Shown here: in pieces, positions 37,401 through 47,183 of the stretch
Position numbering within the stretch: the first letter of the stretch is position 1
Layout of the letters: every line of letters begins with the position of its first letter
Assembly: GCA_021797815.1 (NCBI GenBank)
Contig: JAJZYZ010000006.1
Span: forward strand, 9,695 to 73,694
DNA length: 64,000 bases
Direction: 5' to 3'
DNA from: Bacillota bacterium
Lineage (GTDB): Bacteria; Bacillota; Sulfobacillia; Sulfobacillales; JAIMBI01
The notes under the pieces: generated by a model
Told to the model about the DNA's origin: nothing
Seen by the model: the letters and a program-made list of their open reading frames with translations, nothing else
The model's database searches: none
Program-made: the position numbers and the translations under genes

Positions 37401-38645
37401 TCACGTCTGCGCATCACCCGACTCGCTTTCCCCCGCCAGGTGGAACTGGCGGTGAAGGGCCTTCACGGCCCGCTCCACGTCGGCCCGCCGCACCAGAAAG
37501 GAAATGGTCGACAGACTGTCCGCGGTTTGCAAGACATTGACCTGAGCGTCGCTGAGGGCCTGCATGAAGCGGCCCATCACCCCGGGAAGCCCATGAATGG
37601 CCGTGCCGACGCACGAGACCTTAGCGCGGTCGTCCGAGCACTCATACTCCAGGGCGAGGGCGTCCAGCACGCGCCGGACCGCCGTCTCCTGGTCCGGCAG
37701 CACGCAGAAATAAGCCAGGTCGGGAAAGATATTGATGAGGTCCACCGACACCCCGGCGGCACCCAGGTCCTGAAAGACCCGATACATCCAGTCGGTCCCG
37801 GCCCCCTCGAGCGGGCGCAGGCGGAACTGAACCAGGCGGGCCAGGGATGTAATGCCGGTGAGGGCGCGCTCGGGGTCTCGATGGGCCCAGTGGTCGAGTC
37901 CGACCGCCCCCATCGCCACCAGCGTCCCCTCCGTGGCGGCAGCAGCGCTGCGGATGCGAAGCGGCAGCGCGAAATGCCGGGCAATCTCTACAGCACGGGG
38001 ATGAATGACCCGGGCGCCGCTGTTGGCCATCTGAAACACCTCGTCATAGTCGAGGGTGGCAAGGGTCCGCGCATCTGGAACGACGGCCGGATCGGCCGTC
38101 TTCACGCCATCCACATCCGTGAAGATGTCCACGACATCCGCGTGCAGGGCGGCTCCGAGGGCGACGGCGGTCGTGTCGGACCCGCCCCGGCCGAGCGTCG
38201 TCACCTGACGGCCCTCGGTCATGCCCTGAAAGCCCGCCACCACCGGTATGATGCCGTTCGCCAGCAGGCGCTCCAGGGGCTCGGGGTCAATACTCTGGAT
38301 GCGGGCCCCGCCGAAGCAGGCATCGGTCATGATGCCGGCGTCGCCTCCCGAGAGAGCGCGCGCTGGGTGGCCGCGGCTCCGAATGCGTGCCGCCAGCACG
38401 ACCGCGCTCACAATCTCCCCGCAGCTCATCAGGAGATCCCGATCCTCGGGACTCGGTGCGCTGTCGCCTACGAGCGACAGGAGCGTGTCGGTGGCGTAGG
38501 CGTCGCCATGCCGGCCCATGGCCGACACGACCACCACCGGTCGATAGCCGTCCTCCTGAGCCTTCTCCACCCAGTCAATCGCGCGCTCCCGCTGCGGCCC
38601 CGTCGAAAGCGAAGTGCCTCCGAATTTCTGAACGATGACTTTCAC
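37401..38645 (-). CDS. dapG: aspartate kinase
   Basis: MKVIVQKFGGTSL, VVVVSAMG, TTLGRGGSDTTAV, plus C-terminal ACT domains. The symbol comes from asd-dapG synteny only. Confidence 0.9.
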   Translation of the reverse strand: MKVIVQKFGGTSLSTGPQRERAIDWVEKAQEDGYRPVVVVSAMGRHGDAYATDTLLSLVGDSAPSPEDRDLLMSCGEIVSAVVLAARIRSRGHPARALSGGDAGIMTDACFGGARIQSIDPEPLERLLANGIIPVVAGFQGMTEGRQVTTLGRGGSDTTAVALGAALHADVVDIFTDVDGVKTADPAVVPDARTLATLDYDEVFQMANSGARVIHPRAVEIARHFALPLRIRSAAAATEGTLVAMGAVGLDHWAHRDPERALTGITSLARLVQFRLRPLEGAGTDWMYRVFQDLGAAGVSVDLINIFPDLAYFCVLPDQETAVRRVLDALALEYECSDDRAKVSCVGTAIHGLPGVMGRFMQALSDAQVNVLQTADSLSTISFLVRRADVERAVKALHRQFHLAGESESGDAQT

Positions 38646-39646
38646 GATGGCACCGTCTCCGCCGACAGGCTCCGTTCCAGAATCTGCACCGCATTGGTTG
38701 CGGCACCCTTGCGGAGGTTGTCAGCCACGATGAAAAGATGCAGGCCGTTGGGGTCGTGAAGGTCGCGCCGGACACGGCCGACATAGACGTCGTCGGTGCC
38801 GGCGGCGTCGCGCGGTGTGGGGTAGTCCGGATCCTCGACGACCACGATACCCGGTGTCGCCCGCAGCCACTCGCGCACCGTGACTGGATCGGCGGGCCGG
38901 TCAAGCTCGAGGTATACCGACTCGGCATGGCCGACCCGCACCGGGACCCGGACCGCCGTAGCCGACAGGTGAAGAGCCGTGCCCAGGATCTTTTCCGATT
39001 CCCGCGTGAGCTTCCACTCTTCCAGGGTATAGCCCGCCTCAGCCAGGCGATCGCACTGGGCCAGCACGTTGCCCGCGATAGGTTTTGAGTATGCGGTGCC
39101 GTGGGGCGCCCCGTCTTGCGCGTCGGCAGTCTCCGCCTCCAGCTGGCTCAACGCATCGCGTCCGGTGCCTGACACGGCCTGGTAGGTGCTGACCAGGACG
39201 CGCGTCACGCTCCGATGACGGAGGATGGCGAAAAGCGGCAGCACGAGGGCGATGGTGGAGCAGTTGGGGCTCGCCACCAGCTGTCCTCCCCGATGCACCA
39301 GATGCCCGTTGACTTCGGGCACGACCAGCGGGACTTCCGGATCCATGCGAAACCGGCTCGACTTGTCGACCACGAGCGCCCCCCGGGCGGCGGCCCAGGG
39401 ACCGAAGCGCTCGGAGACGGCACTCGTGGCCGCGAAGAATACTACCTCCGTCCCGTCCAGCGTCTCCTCCGAGATAGCCTCCACACTCAACGCGCGGCCG
39501 GCGAACGACACGGTGCGTCCGCCGCTGCTCTCGGCCAGCGCGCGGACGTCTTGCAGGTCCGGAAACCGCTCCCCCAGCACGGTCAAGAGCGTCTGACCCA
39601 CAAGGCCGGTCGCACCGACCACGGCGACCCGGGGCGGTCTTGTCAC
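38642..39646 (-). CDS. asd: aspartate-semialdehyde dehydrogenase
   Basis: RVAVVGATGLVGQ, the active site SPNCSTIALV, and VGHAESV. Start at GTG 39646 behind GGAGGGA-N6. The stop overlaps the dapG start. Confidence 0.93.
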   Translation of the reverse strand: MTRPPRVAVVGATGLVGQTLLTVLGERFPDLQDVRALAESSGGRTVSFAGRALSVEAISEETLDGTEVVFFAATSAVSERFGPWAAARGALVVDKSSRFRMDPEVPLVVPEVNGHLVHRGGQLVASPNCSTIALVLPLFAILRHRSVTRVLVSTYQAVSGTGRDALSQLEAETADAQDGAPHGTAYSKPIAGNVLAQCDRLAEAGYTLEEWKLTRESEKILGTALHLSATAVRVPVRVGHAESVYLELDRPADPVTVREWLRATPGIVVVEDPDYPTPRDAAGTDDVYVGRVRRDLHDPNGLHLFIVADNLRKGAATNAVQILERSLSAETVPS

Positions 39647-40647
39647 GCCGGATCCCTCCACTCCCTCAAGATCGACTGCAGCTGGCGCGCGCCCAACGCG
39701 TGCCGCCTGCCCCCGTGCGCGTTCGGGAAGCGCCGCGTGCGGCCCATGCTAGCCGGCCAGCCGCTGCGAAGGACCGACCGCGACCGGCGGAAGGCGTTTC
39801 GACATTCCCCGCTCTCATCCCGGGCGCACAACTGGTCATGATGGCCGGCACGACCCGATATGCCTGTCTGCTGTGCGCCTTGACGGCCAGGTGGTTCACG
39901 CGGTTGATGGCGTCGCGATGGTGGTCTGGCTGGTGCCGCTTAAGGGCACCTTCCCGGCAACCCTCACCCGGCGCCAGGCGAACCCGGCCCACGCCGCCCG
40001 CATCTCGCGTGGGCGCGCGATATGACCGCCGTCAAACCCGTCCGAGCCCCAGAAGCTCTCCTATTGTAGCGATGGCCCGACTGAGCTTGCAATCCGACCC
40101 GCCGGCGGCGAGACCGACGCCGACTCTACTCCAAGCCGCTGTCGTTTCCTCTTCCCGCTTCGGCGAGGCCGGTGTCTCTGAGAGCACCACGTCCCGGCGC
40201 GCTGCCGCCGGTGGCCATGGTCTGCGGCCACGAATGCGAGCCGGCGCCCGCCCGCGCGCCGTCCTGCGCGGGAAGAGGGCTCCCGGTGTCGTGGCAGGAC
40301 GCCACACCGCGGGGTCCTGCTCTCCTGACACGGGAGCCAGAAGCGCTCAAGGGTCCCTATCCCGGTCCCTGGCCAGGCTTCCCTGAGAGGCCCGCTCGAG
40401 GACAGCCCCGCAGAAAGCGGCGGCCTGACAGGGTAAGGAGTGAGCAGAGAGGCGCCCCCCGCCGCCGGCCGGCAACTTTCACGGGGACGCACCCGGACGG
40501 CCCGACCGTCCCCTGAGCCGCTCCCTCCTCCGCTTCTGGTCAGATGCCCGGATAGGTCCGGGGTGCCGGCCGGTCGGCTAACCGTCCCCGGCCCTCCGCC
40601 ATGCGCCGAGACATCTTTGTCTCCTTAAGCTTAGCGAGGTCAGTGGA

Positions 40648-41019
40648 TCATGCCTGGTAGCCGGGGCGGTCGCTGGTGCCATCCTGCCGTCTCTGGTTCT
40701 CCGCGTTTTTCGCCAGATAGCCCGCGTACAGGTCGTCGGCCGACATGTCGGCCGCGAGGCACAGTGCCACGAAAAAGTGAAATACGTCTACCAGTTCCTC
40801 GTGAAGGGCGGCCCGATTTACCGGCTCCGGGTTCTTCCACCACTTGTAGCCGGCCTCGTCCAGCACCTCCCCCAGCTCCACCATGAGGGCAAGCGCCTGC
40901 TTCTCCATCCACGTGCGCTCGTCGAAGTGGAGTTCGCGGCGCCGGACCAGCTCATCCTGGAAACGGCGCTGACGCGCGAACACCTCGCCTAGCCGGTCGA
41001 GGCTCCCGTCACTGGGCAC
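40648..41019 (-). CDS. all-alpha NTP pyrophosphohydrolase, dimeric-dUTPase (dUTPase_2)-like
   Basis: MVELGEVLDEAGYKWWKNPEPVNRAALHEELVDVFHFFVAL matches the E..E / KWW / E..D..HF pattern of that family. Start at GTG 41019 (AAGGGGAG-N4), overlapping the upstream stop. Confidence 0.6.
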   Translation of the reverse strand: MPSDGSLDRLGEVFARQRRFQDELVRRRELHFDERTWMEKQALALMVELGEVLDEAGYKWWKNPEPVNRAALHEELVDVFHFFVALCLAADMSADDLYAGYLAKNAENQRRQDGTSDRPGYQA

Positions 41020-42325
41020 CGCTCTCCCCTTCCTTCCCAGGTGCCGCCACGGGGTTGGCCGGGCGGCGGGCAAAGGCGGCACGAGGATCACCGCGCAAGG
41101 CCCGCTGGGGCCCTGCTATCCCTACGGCCGCTTCGGATTCAAACCGGGCCACCGCCTGGGCGGCGGCCCGCTGAACGGCCGCCAGCGATGTCTCGTTGAG
41201 CCCCGCTATCAGCTCCCGCGGGTCGGGCGGACTGACCCCGACGGTCGCCCAGCGGGCCAGGTAGTGGAGGATCCCCTCCACCGTTTCGCGGCCAAAGACC
41301 AGCCCCGTCGATGCCTGCCGCTTGGCGCGCTCAAGCTCAAGCTCCGTCACCGGCCGGTCAACGAGCCCCACCCATTCCTCGGTCATGGCCGAGAGTGTCT
41401 CCTGCACCCGCTCGGCCGCCACCCCGGCCGAGGCGCTGAAGTCCGCGTAGTCCGCGTAGGCGTTGTACTGCGCACCGACCTGGTAGGCGAGTCCCATCTC
41501 CTCGCGAATCCGCTGCCAGAGGCGTGACGAGTTCTGCCCGCCCAGAATGATGCCGAGAAGACGCCAGGCGTTCTCATCGGCATCGCCCATGAGGGGCGCG
41601 GGAATGCCGAGCGAAAGGAATACTTCCTGGCCGGGGACGAGCCGCCGGCGGACCGCGCTCTCGGCCACCGGGGGCGTGCGAATCAGATCGGCGGCGGTCG
41701 GTGCCCCGGCCAGGCGTTCCCGGACACGGTCCAGGATGCGGCCGACGCCAGAACCCGCCAGAACCACGGTCAGTCGATTGCTTCCGTAGTGACGCGCGTG
41801 GAAGCCGCGCACGGTGGCGCCCCGCATGCGCTTCAGGCTGTCCCGGCTGCCCAGGACGTCGCGGCCCAGAGGGTGACGCCCCCACAGCGCTTCGGTAAAA
41901 GCCTGGTCGGCCCGATCTTCCACGTCGTCCTCCGCCTCGCGGAGCTCCTCCGCCACCACTCCCCGCTCGCGGTCCAGATCCGCATCGGTCAGCCAGGGCG
42001 CCATGGTCATGGCCCACAGGAGCTCCCAGGCCGACTCCAGATCCCGGTCCAGCACGTGGGCGTGGTAACAGGTGAGATCCCGGGTCGTAAAGGCGTTCAC
42101 ATCCGCACCCAGGCGGTCCATGCGGTCAGCGATGGCCTGGCGGTCAAGAGAGCCGGCGCCCCTGAACGCGAGGTGCTCGAGAAGATGGGCACAGCCCCGC
42201 TGACCCGGACCCTCATCGCGGCTTCCCACATCGACAAACAACGCCAGCGCCGCCGATCCAGCCTCGGCGCTTTCTTCATAAACCAGACGGTCGCCGCGCG
42301 GCGACCGCTCAAATCCTCGTTGCAG
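41009..42325 (-). CDS. M16-family zinc peptidase (MlpA/YmxG-like)
   Basis: HLLEHLAFRG (HxxEH) and a two-lobed M16 layout. The track start (TTG 42241) cuts off the conserved N-terminal strand GDRLVYEESAEAGSAALALFVDVGSRDE. That frame is open upstream, and the only SD-backed start there is CTG 42325 (GACGGGGGG-N6-CTG). Confidence 0.8.
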   Translation of the reverse strand: MQRGFERSPRGDRLVYEESAEAGSAALALFVDVGSRDEGPGQRGCAHLLEHLAFRGAGSLDRQAIADRMDRLGADVNAFTTRDLTCYHAHVLDRDLESAWELLWAMTMAPWLTDADLDRERGVVAEELREAEDDVEDRADQAFTEALWGRHPLGRDVLGSRDSLKRMRGATVRGFHARHYGSNRLTVVLAGSGVGRILDRVRERLAGAPTAADLIRTPPVAESAVRRRLVPGQEVFLSLGIPAPLMGDADENAWRLLGIILGGQNSSRLWQRIREEMGLAYQVGAQYNAYADYADFSASAGVAAERVQETLSAMTEEWVGLVDRPVTELELERAKRQASTGLVFGRETVEGILHYLARWATVGVSPPDPRELIAGLNETSLAAVQRAAAQAVARFESEAAVGIAGPQRALRGDPRAAFARRPANPVAAPGKEGESGAQ

Positions 42326-42350
42326 AAGATTCCCCCCGTCTCTGCCGGCT

Positions 42351-42380
42351 ATTGTAACAAGCCCGCACCACGATGAGTCA
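42351..42380 (-). promoter_or_regulatory. putative promoter TGACTC-N18-TACAAT upstream of the M16 peptidase gene
   Basis: Hexamers read on the minus strand. The -10 lies ~25 nt upstream of the proposed CTG start at 42325. Confidence 0.3.
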
Positions 42381-42680
42381 CCCCGCGGCAGGCCTCACAC
42401 GGAGAAGCGACGGGGCGCTCACCGCCCGGCATCCCTCGCCTGGCGGGCGGAAGCCGGCCGCAACAGGGGTCCGCTCTCCGACCGCCGGACCGAAGCGGGT
42501 GACCGCGCGCACAAGTTCTTGTGACCCCTCGGCGCAAGCGAGCATGGACGGGAAGAGGGTCTGACTCGAGGGCGTCTCCAATCCCCCTACGCGGCGGCCG
42601 TAAATACGTCGCGGCCGGGAGGAGGTATCCCCAATGACGACGGGCTGCACCGTTCCTGGCCGGAATTCTGGCCGCGGGCG

Positions 42681-42711
42681 CAAAGAAGCCCGGAGCCAGG
42701 CTCCGGGCTTC
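42681..42711 (-). terminator. intrinsic terminator-like hairpin after pnp
   Basis: Minus strand, 5 nt after the pnp stop: GAAGCCCGGAG-CCTGG-CTCCGGGCTTC (11-bp perfect stem) followed by TTTG. The U-tract is short. Confidence 0.55.
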
Positions 42712-42716
42712 TCTGT

Positions 42717-44918
42717 TCAGCGACGGGGTCCTGGCCTCCGCCGTCCGTCGTCGTGGCGCGGCCCGCGGGGAACCGGCCCCGGCCGTGGATCGCCGGAATC
42801 GCGAATCTCCACGCCCTCAGGAGGCGGCAGCATGGCGCGATGGGACAGGTTCACCCGTCCCATGCGGTCGATTTCCGTCACCTTCACCCGCAGGGGGTCG
42901 CCGACGTTCACCACATCTTCCACCCGCCCGACCCTCGTGTGGGCCAGCTCCGAGATGTGAACGAGCCCCTCCTTGCCCGGCAGAATCTCGACGAAGGCGC
43001 CGAAATTCATGAGCCGGGTGACGCGGCCCTCATAGACCTCGCCGACCAGCACCGAGCGGGTGAGGTCGTTTATCATCTGGACGGCCGCGTCGGCGGCGGC
43101 CCGGTTGATGGCGGCGACGAAGATGGTCCCGTCATCCTCGATGTCAATCTCGACCTTCTCGCGCCCTACCTTGGTCTGCTCGATGATCTTGTTGATGGTC
43201 TTGCCGCCGGGTCCGATGACGTCGCGGATCCGGTCGGGATCGATATGCAGGGTCACGATGCGGGGCGCATACTCCGACAGCTCCGCGCGCGGGCCGTCGA
43301 TGACCGCCAGCATCTTGTCCAGGATAAAGAGGCGAGCAAGCCGGGCCTGCTCCAGGGCCTCCTCCAGGATTTGGCGGGCCAGCCCGTTTATCTTGATGTC
43401 CATCTGAATCGCGTTGATGCCGTCCCGGGTTCCCGCTACCTTGAAGTCCATGTCCCCGAGCGCATCTTCGATGCCCTGGATATCGGTGAGGACGGCGTAG
43501 TCGTCTCCCTCTTTCACGAGACCCATGGCGATTCCCGCCACCGGTGCCTTGATGGGCACCCCGCCCTCCATCAGGGCCAGCGTGGAGCCGCACACCGATG
43601 CCATCGACGTCGATCCGTTGGACTCCAGGATGTCTGAGACCAGCCGCAGGGCGTAGGGAAATTCCGTCTCCGGTGGAATCATGGGCTCGAGGGCCCGCTC
43701 GGCCAGGGCTCCGTGACCAATTGACCGGCGGCTCGGCCCGCGCAGCGGCGCCGTCTCCCCCGTCGAGAAGGCCGGGAAGTTGTAATGGTGAATGTAGCGC
43801 TTGCTGTCCTCGAGGCCGATGCCGTCCAGGATCTGACGGTCCGACAGCGGTCCGAGCGTCAGGGACGTGAGCGCCTGGGTCTGTCCGCGGGTGAAGAGCC
43901 CCGACCCGTGCGTGCGGGGCAGCACCCCCACCTCCACGGTAATGGGCCGGATCTCATCGCGCCGGCGCCCGTCGGGGCGGACGCCGTCATGAATGATGGC
44001 GTGCCGGACCATGTTCTTCTGAATCTTTTTCAAGACCGCCTGAATCTCTTTGGCCTTGTCGGGGTACGCCTCCAGGATGCGCTCGGTGGTCTGCCGGTTT
44101 ACCGCGTCGATGGCGGCGTCCCGCTCCACCTTGTCCTCCGTGCGGAGCGCCGCTTCCATGGCCGGCTCGGCGATTTCCTTGACCGCATGAGCCAGTTCGT
44201 CTGAGGGCAGGTACAGGGTGTAGGCTCCCTTCGCCTTGCCCGCCTCCGCCTGAAAAGCGCGGATCGCCTCCACGACGTGCTGGATCTCGCGGTGCCCGGT
44301 GAAAATAGCATCGAGGACCTGCGCTTCGGTCACCTCGTTGGCGCCCGCCTCAATCATGAGGATGTTGTCGTAGGTTCCCGCCACCATCAGTTTCAGGAGG
44401 CTCCGCTCCGACTGTTCCCAAGTAGGGTTCACGACGGGAGCACCGTCCACCCATCCGACTTCCACCGCTCCGATGGGGCCGTCGAACGGAATATCCGACA
44501 GGGAGAGGGCCGCCGAGGCGCCAATCATCCCGCACACCTCGGGGCTGTGATCGTGGTCCACCGACATCAACGTGGCAACAATCTGGACATCGTTGCGGAA
44601 GCCTTCGGGGAACAGGGGCCGGATGGGGCGGTCAGTCAGACGGGCGGCCAGGATGGACCGCTCGCTCGGCCGTCCTTCCCGCTTGATAAAGCCGCCGGGA
44701 ATCTTGCCGACGGAATACATGCGCTCTTCGTAGTCAACGGTGAGGGGGAAGAAATCAAGACCTTCGCGCGGTTGGCGAGATGCCGTGGCGGTAACCAGAA
44801 CCGCCGTGTCTCCGTAGCGTACGAACACGGCCCCGCCAGCCTGCTTGGCCAGACGGCCGGTTTCCAAGGTCATGACCCGTCCGCCCACCAGCACTTCCGC
44901 TGTGTGGACTTCCATCAA
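42717..44918 (-). CDS. pnp: polynucleotide phosphorylase
   Basis: Two RNase PH domains, a KH domain and an S1 domain ([31 protein letters not shown]), with a C-terminal Arg/Pro-rich tail. AGGGAGG lies upstream. Confidence 0.95.
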   Translation of the reverse strand: MMEVHTAEVLVGGRVMTLETGRLAKQAGGAVFVRYGDTAVLVTATASRQPREGLDFFPLTVDYEERMYSVGKIPGGFIKREGRPSERSILAARLTDRPIRPLFPEGFRNDVQIVATLMSVDHDHSPEVCGMIGASAALSLSDIPFDGPIGAVEVGWVDGAPVVNPTWEQSERSLLKLMVAGTYDNILMIEAGANEVTEAQVLDAIFTGHREIQHVVEAIRAFQAEAGKAKGAYTLYLPSDELAHAVKEIAEPAMEAALRTEDKVERDAAIDAVNRQTTERILEAYPDKAKEIQAVLKKIQKNMVRHAIIHDGVRPDGRRRDEIRPITVEVGVLPRTHGSGLFTRGQTQALTSLTLGPLSDRQILDGIGLEDSKRYIHHYNFPAFSTGETAPLRGPSRRSIGHGALAERALEPMIPPETEFPYALRLVSDILESNGSTSMASVCGSTLALMEGGVPIKAPVAGIAMGLVKEGDDYAVLTDIQGIEDALGDMDFKVAGTRDGINAIQMDIKINGLARQILEEALEQARLARLFILDKMLAVIDGPRAELSEYAPRIVTLHIDPDRIRDVIGPGGKTINKIIEQTKVGREKVEIDIEDDGTIFVAAINRAAADAAVQMINDLTRSVLVGEVYEGRVTRLMNFGAFVEILPGKEGLVHISELAHTRVGRVEDVVNVGDPLRVKVTEIDRMGRVNLSHRAMLPPPEGVEIRDSGDPRPGPVPRGPRHDDGRRRPGPRR

Positions 44919-44959
44919 TCAGGGCCTCCCTATTTCTTTCACTTCCGTGTCATCGCTTC

Positions 44960-44988
44960 ATTATGGCGCAAGCCCGGGACGGCCGCAA
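44960..44988 (-). promoter_or_regulatory. putative pnp promoter TTGCGG-N17-CATAAT
   Basis: Read on the minus strand between the rpsO terminator and the pnp start, ~40 nt upstream of the start codon. Confidence 0.4.
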
Positions 44989-45030
44989 AACCCAAACGAT
45001 GATAGCCAGATGCGACGCTGGTGCGGACAG

Positions 45031-45067
45031 AAAAAAGAAAGGCTCCGGACGCTTAGCGCCGGAGGCC
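45031..45067 (-). terminator. rho-independent terminator of rpsO
   Basis: Minus strand: GGCCTCCGGCGC-TAA-GCGTCCGGAGCC (about 11 bp with two single-nt bulges; the rpsO stop codon TAA is in the loop) followed by TTTCTTTTTT. Confidence 0.65.
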
Positions 45068-45322
45068 TAGTTCCTGTATCAGCTTATGGTACCGGGCCGC
45101 ATCTTTCTTGCGCAGGTAGTTCAGAAGGGCCCTGCGCTGTCCCACCATCTTCAAAAGCCCCCGGCGGGAGTGGAAATCCTTCTTGTGAATCTTCAGGTGC
45201 TCCGTCAGATCTGCGATCTGACGCGTCAACAACGCCACCTGCACCTCGGGCGATCCGGTGTCGTGTTCATGAATCTGATGGTGCTGAATGATGTCCTGCT
45301 TGGCCTCCGACAAAAGCGCCAC
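45053..45322 (-). CDS. rpsO: 30S ribosomal protein S15
   Basis: (V)[63 protein letters not shown]. Start at GTG 45322 behind AGGAGGA. The track ORF starts at 45394. Confidence 0.95.
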   Translation of the reverse strand: MALLSEAKQDIIQHHQIHEHDTGSPEVQVALLTRQIADLTEHLKIHKKDFHSRRGLLKMVGQRRALLNYLRKKDAARYHKLIQELGLRR

Positions 45323-45392
45323 CCGCGTCCTCCTATCCCTTGCCCATGTAATTGCGGCCGGGAAACCGACCGTCCTCGACCGTACCTGACGC

Positions 45393-45401
45393 ATTCTAGC
45401 A
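45393..45401 (-). promoter_or_regulatory. extended -10 promoter element TGcTAGAAT upstream of rpsO
   Basis: Minus strand reads CGCTTGTGCTAGAATGCG in the 100-nt ribF-rpsO spacer, leaving a ~65-nt leader before GTG 45322. Confidence 0.4.
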
Positions 45402-45423
45402 CAAGCGACCGGCCTGCCGCTAA

Positions 45424-46332
45424 CTATCGCCCCGCGGCCCAGTCTTCCGCCTGCCGCACGTCCTCCCGGATGGCATCCACCAGTGCGGCCGTGCCCGAGA
45501 AGCGTTCCTCTGCGCGAAGAAACTGTCCAAACTGAAACCAGAGCCGCCGATCATAGAGATCTCGGGTCACGCCAATCAGGTGCGCCTCCAAGAGCGGTGT
45601 CGGCGTGGCAAACATGGGCCGCACCCCCCAGCTGGCCACGGCCAGGGTCCGCGCGCCGCCCTCTTCCTCCTCCGCGTACCCCGCATAGATGCCGTAGGGC
45701 GGCATCAGCTTGGTGGGCGGAAGCCACAGGTTGGCGGTGGGAAACCCGAGGGTGCGGCCCCGCCCGTCTCCGCGGCGCACCTGGCCGAGCGCCGAATACG
45801 GCCGGCCGAGCAAGGCGCGCGCCTCATCGAGGCGTCCGTCGCGGACCATCGCCCGCACGGCCGAGCTGGAGACGACACCGTGCGGGCCATCGACCGGATC
45901 CAGCACCTCCACCTCGATTCCGCGCTCTCGGGCCCATTCGCGTAAGACGGCCACCGTGCCGAGCGCCTGGCGTCCGAACGTGAAGTCGTGGCCTTCCACT
46001 ATGACGGCCGGCCGGTACCGCTCCCGCACAATCTGGTTCAGAAAGTCGAGCGGGTCCATGCGGGCAAACTCGGGCGTAAACGCGACCACCGCCACCTGCG
46101 CACCGGCCGCCTCTAGCCAGTGGACTTTCTCTTCCCCGGGGGTGAGCTCCCAGGTGATCTCCGCGGGCCGCAGCACCGCCCGCGGCGGCGGCGCGAAGGT
46201 GAGCGCGGCATACCCGCAGGACAGCCGTCCGGCATGCTCCGCCGCCCGCCCCAGAAGGGCCTGATGCCCGCGGTGCACGCCGTCGAATGTCCCGATCGTG
46301 ATGACCCGTGCGGGGGCCGTTCCGGTGCTCAC
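45424..46332 (-). CDS. ribF: bifunctional riboflavin kinase / FAD synthetase
   Basis: [18 protein letters not shown] in the N-terminal FMN adenylyltransferase part, and GFPTANL...PPYGIYAGY in the C-terminal riboflavin kinase part. Confidence 0.9.
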   Translation of the reverse strand: MSTGTAPARVITIGTFDGVHRGHQALLGRAAEHAGRLSCGYAALTFAPPPRAVLRPAEITWELTPGEEKVHWLEAAGAQVAVVAFTPEFARMDPLDFLNQIVRERYRPAVIVEGHDFTFGRQALGTVAVLREWARERGIEVEVLDPVDGPHGVVSSSAVRAMVRDGRLDEARALLGRPYSALGQVRRGDGRGRTLGFPTANLWLPPTKLMPPYGIYAGYAEEEEGGARTLAVASWGVRPMFATPTPLLEAHLIGVTRDLYDRRLWFQFGQFLRAEERFSGTAALVDAIREDVRQAEDWAAGR

Positions 46333-47183
46333 GACAGTCCCTCCGGAAACACCCGCACGAAGCGCTGCGGGCCGTCGGTGAGCGCGTACAGGCGACCCTC
46401 GCGCGTGAGCGCCGTCAGCACCCCGTTCTCGGGCTCCAGCCCGGACGGAAACCGTCCGCGCAGGACACCGGCAACCTCAGCCGCCGCCAATTCGAGCCGG
46501 GGTCCCGACCACACCGCCTGCCAGGAGCGGAGCGCCTGCTCGATGCCGTCTTCCTGCAATTCCTCCAGCGTCACCGCCTCCTCGATGCCAAAAGGCCCGG
46601 CCCGGGTCCGGATGAGGGCCACCAGGGAGGCGGCCTGACCAAGCATCTGGGCCCAGTCTCTGACCAGCGCGCGCACATAGGTGCCGGAGGAAACCTCCGC
46701 CACGAATCGAAACAGGGCACCGTCGGCATCGGTGACCGTCAGACTGTGCACGACCACCGGACGCGGTGCCAGGAAGAAATTTTCACCCCGGCGGGCACGC
46801 CGGTGCGCACGCTCGCCGTGTTGCCGGATGGCCGAGCGCTGGGGCGGAAGCTGAAGCCCCGCCCCCACGAGAAAGGGGGCACTCCGTTCGAGGTCCGCCC
46901 GTCCGGGCCAGGGGGGCGCCGAGCGGGCCACAATCGCTCCCGCGGCGTCCAGGGTGTCGGTGAGCGCACCGAAACGGGCCACCGCCGCGTATGTCTTCGG
47001 ACTCCAGTCGATGCGTCCTAAGAGAGCCAGACTCTGACCGATGGCCACCGGCAGCACGCCGGCCGCATCGGGGTCGAGGGTCCCGCCGTGCCCGGCCCGC
47101 CCAGCGGCCAGGCGGCGCACGCGCGCCACGGCGTCATGGGATGTCAGCTCCGGCGGTTTCAGAAGGTTGAGGAATCCGTCCAG
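46329..47183 (-). CDS. truB: tRNA pseudouridine(55) synthase TruB
   Basis: GHGGTLDPDAAGVLPVAIG (catalytic Asp). The conserved N-terminus LDGFLNLLKPPELTSHDAV lies upstream of the track start (GTG 47129) in the same frame. It is bounded by an in-frame TGA two codons further up, and the only SD-backed start is CTG 47183 (GGGGAGGA-N6-CTG). Confidence 0.88.
   Translation of the reverse strand: MDGFLNLLKPPELTSHDAVARVRRLAAGRAGHGGTLDPDAAGVLPVAIGQSLALLGRIDWSPKTYAAVARFGALTDTLDAAGAIVARSAPPWPGRADLERSAPFLVGAGLQLPPQRSAIRQHGERAHRRARRGENFFLAPRPVVVHSLTVTDADGALFRFVAEVSSGTYVRALVRDWAQMLGQAASLVALIRTRAGPFGIEEAVTLEELQEDGIEQALRSWQAVWSGPRLELAAAEVAGVLRGRFPSGLEPENGVLTALTREGRLYALTDGPQRFVRVFPEGLS

Noticed and set aside
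39647-40100. Expected lysine (L-box) riboswitch or T-box upstream of asd-dapG.
   Set aside because: I could not find the AGAGGCGC / GAGTA / CTGTCA core elements or a specifier/T-box sequence on the gene strand.
42717-42800. Arg/Pro-rich C-terminal tail of PNPase and the Pro/Arg/Gly-rich IF2 linker as unusual domains.
   Set aside because: Low-complexity basic extensions are common in GC-rich genomes, and there is no further structure to support a specific claim.
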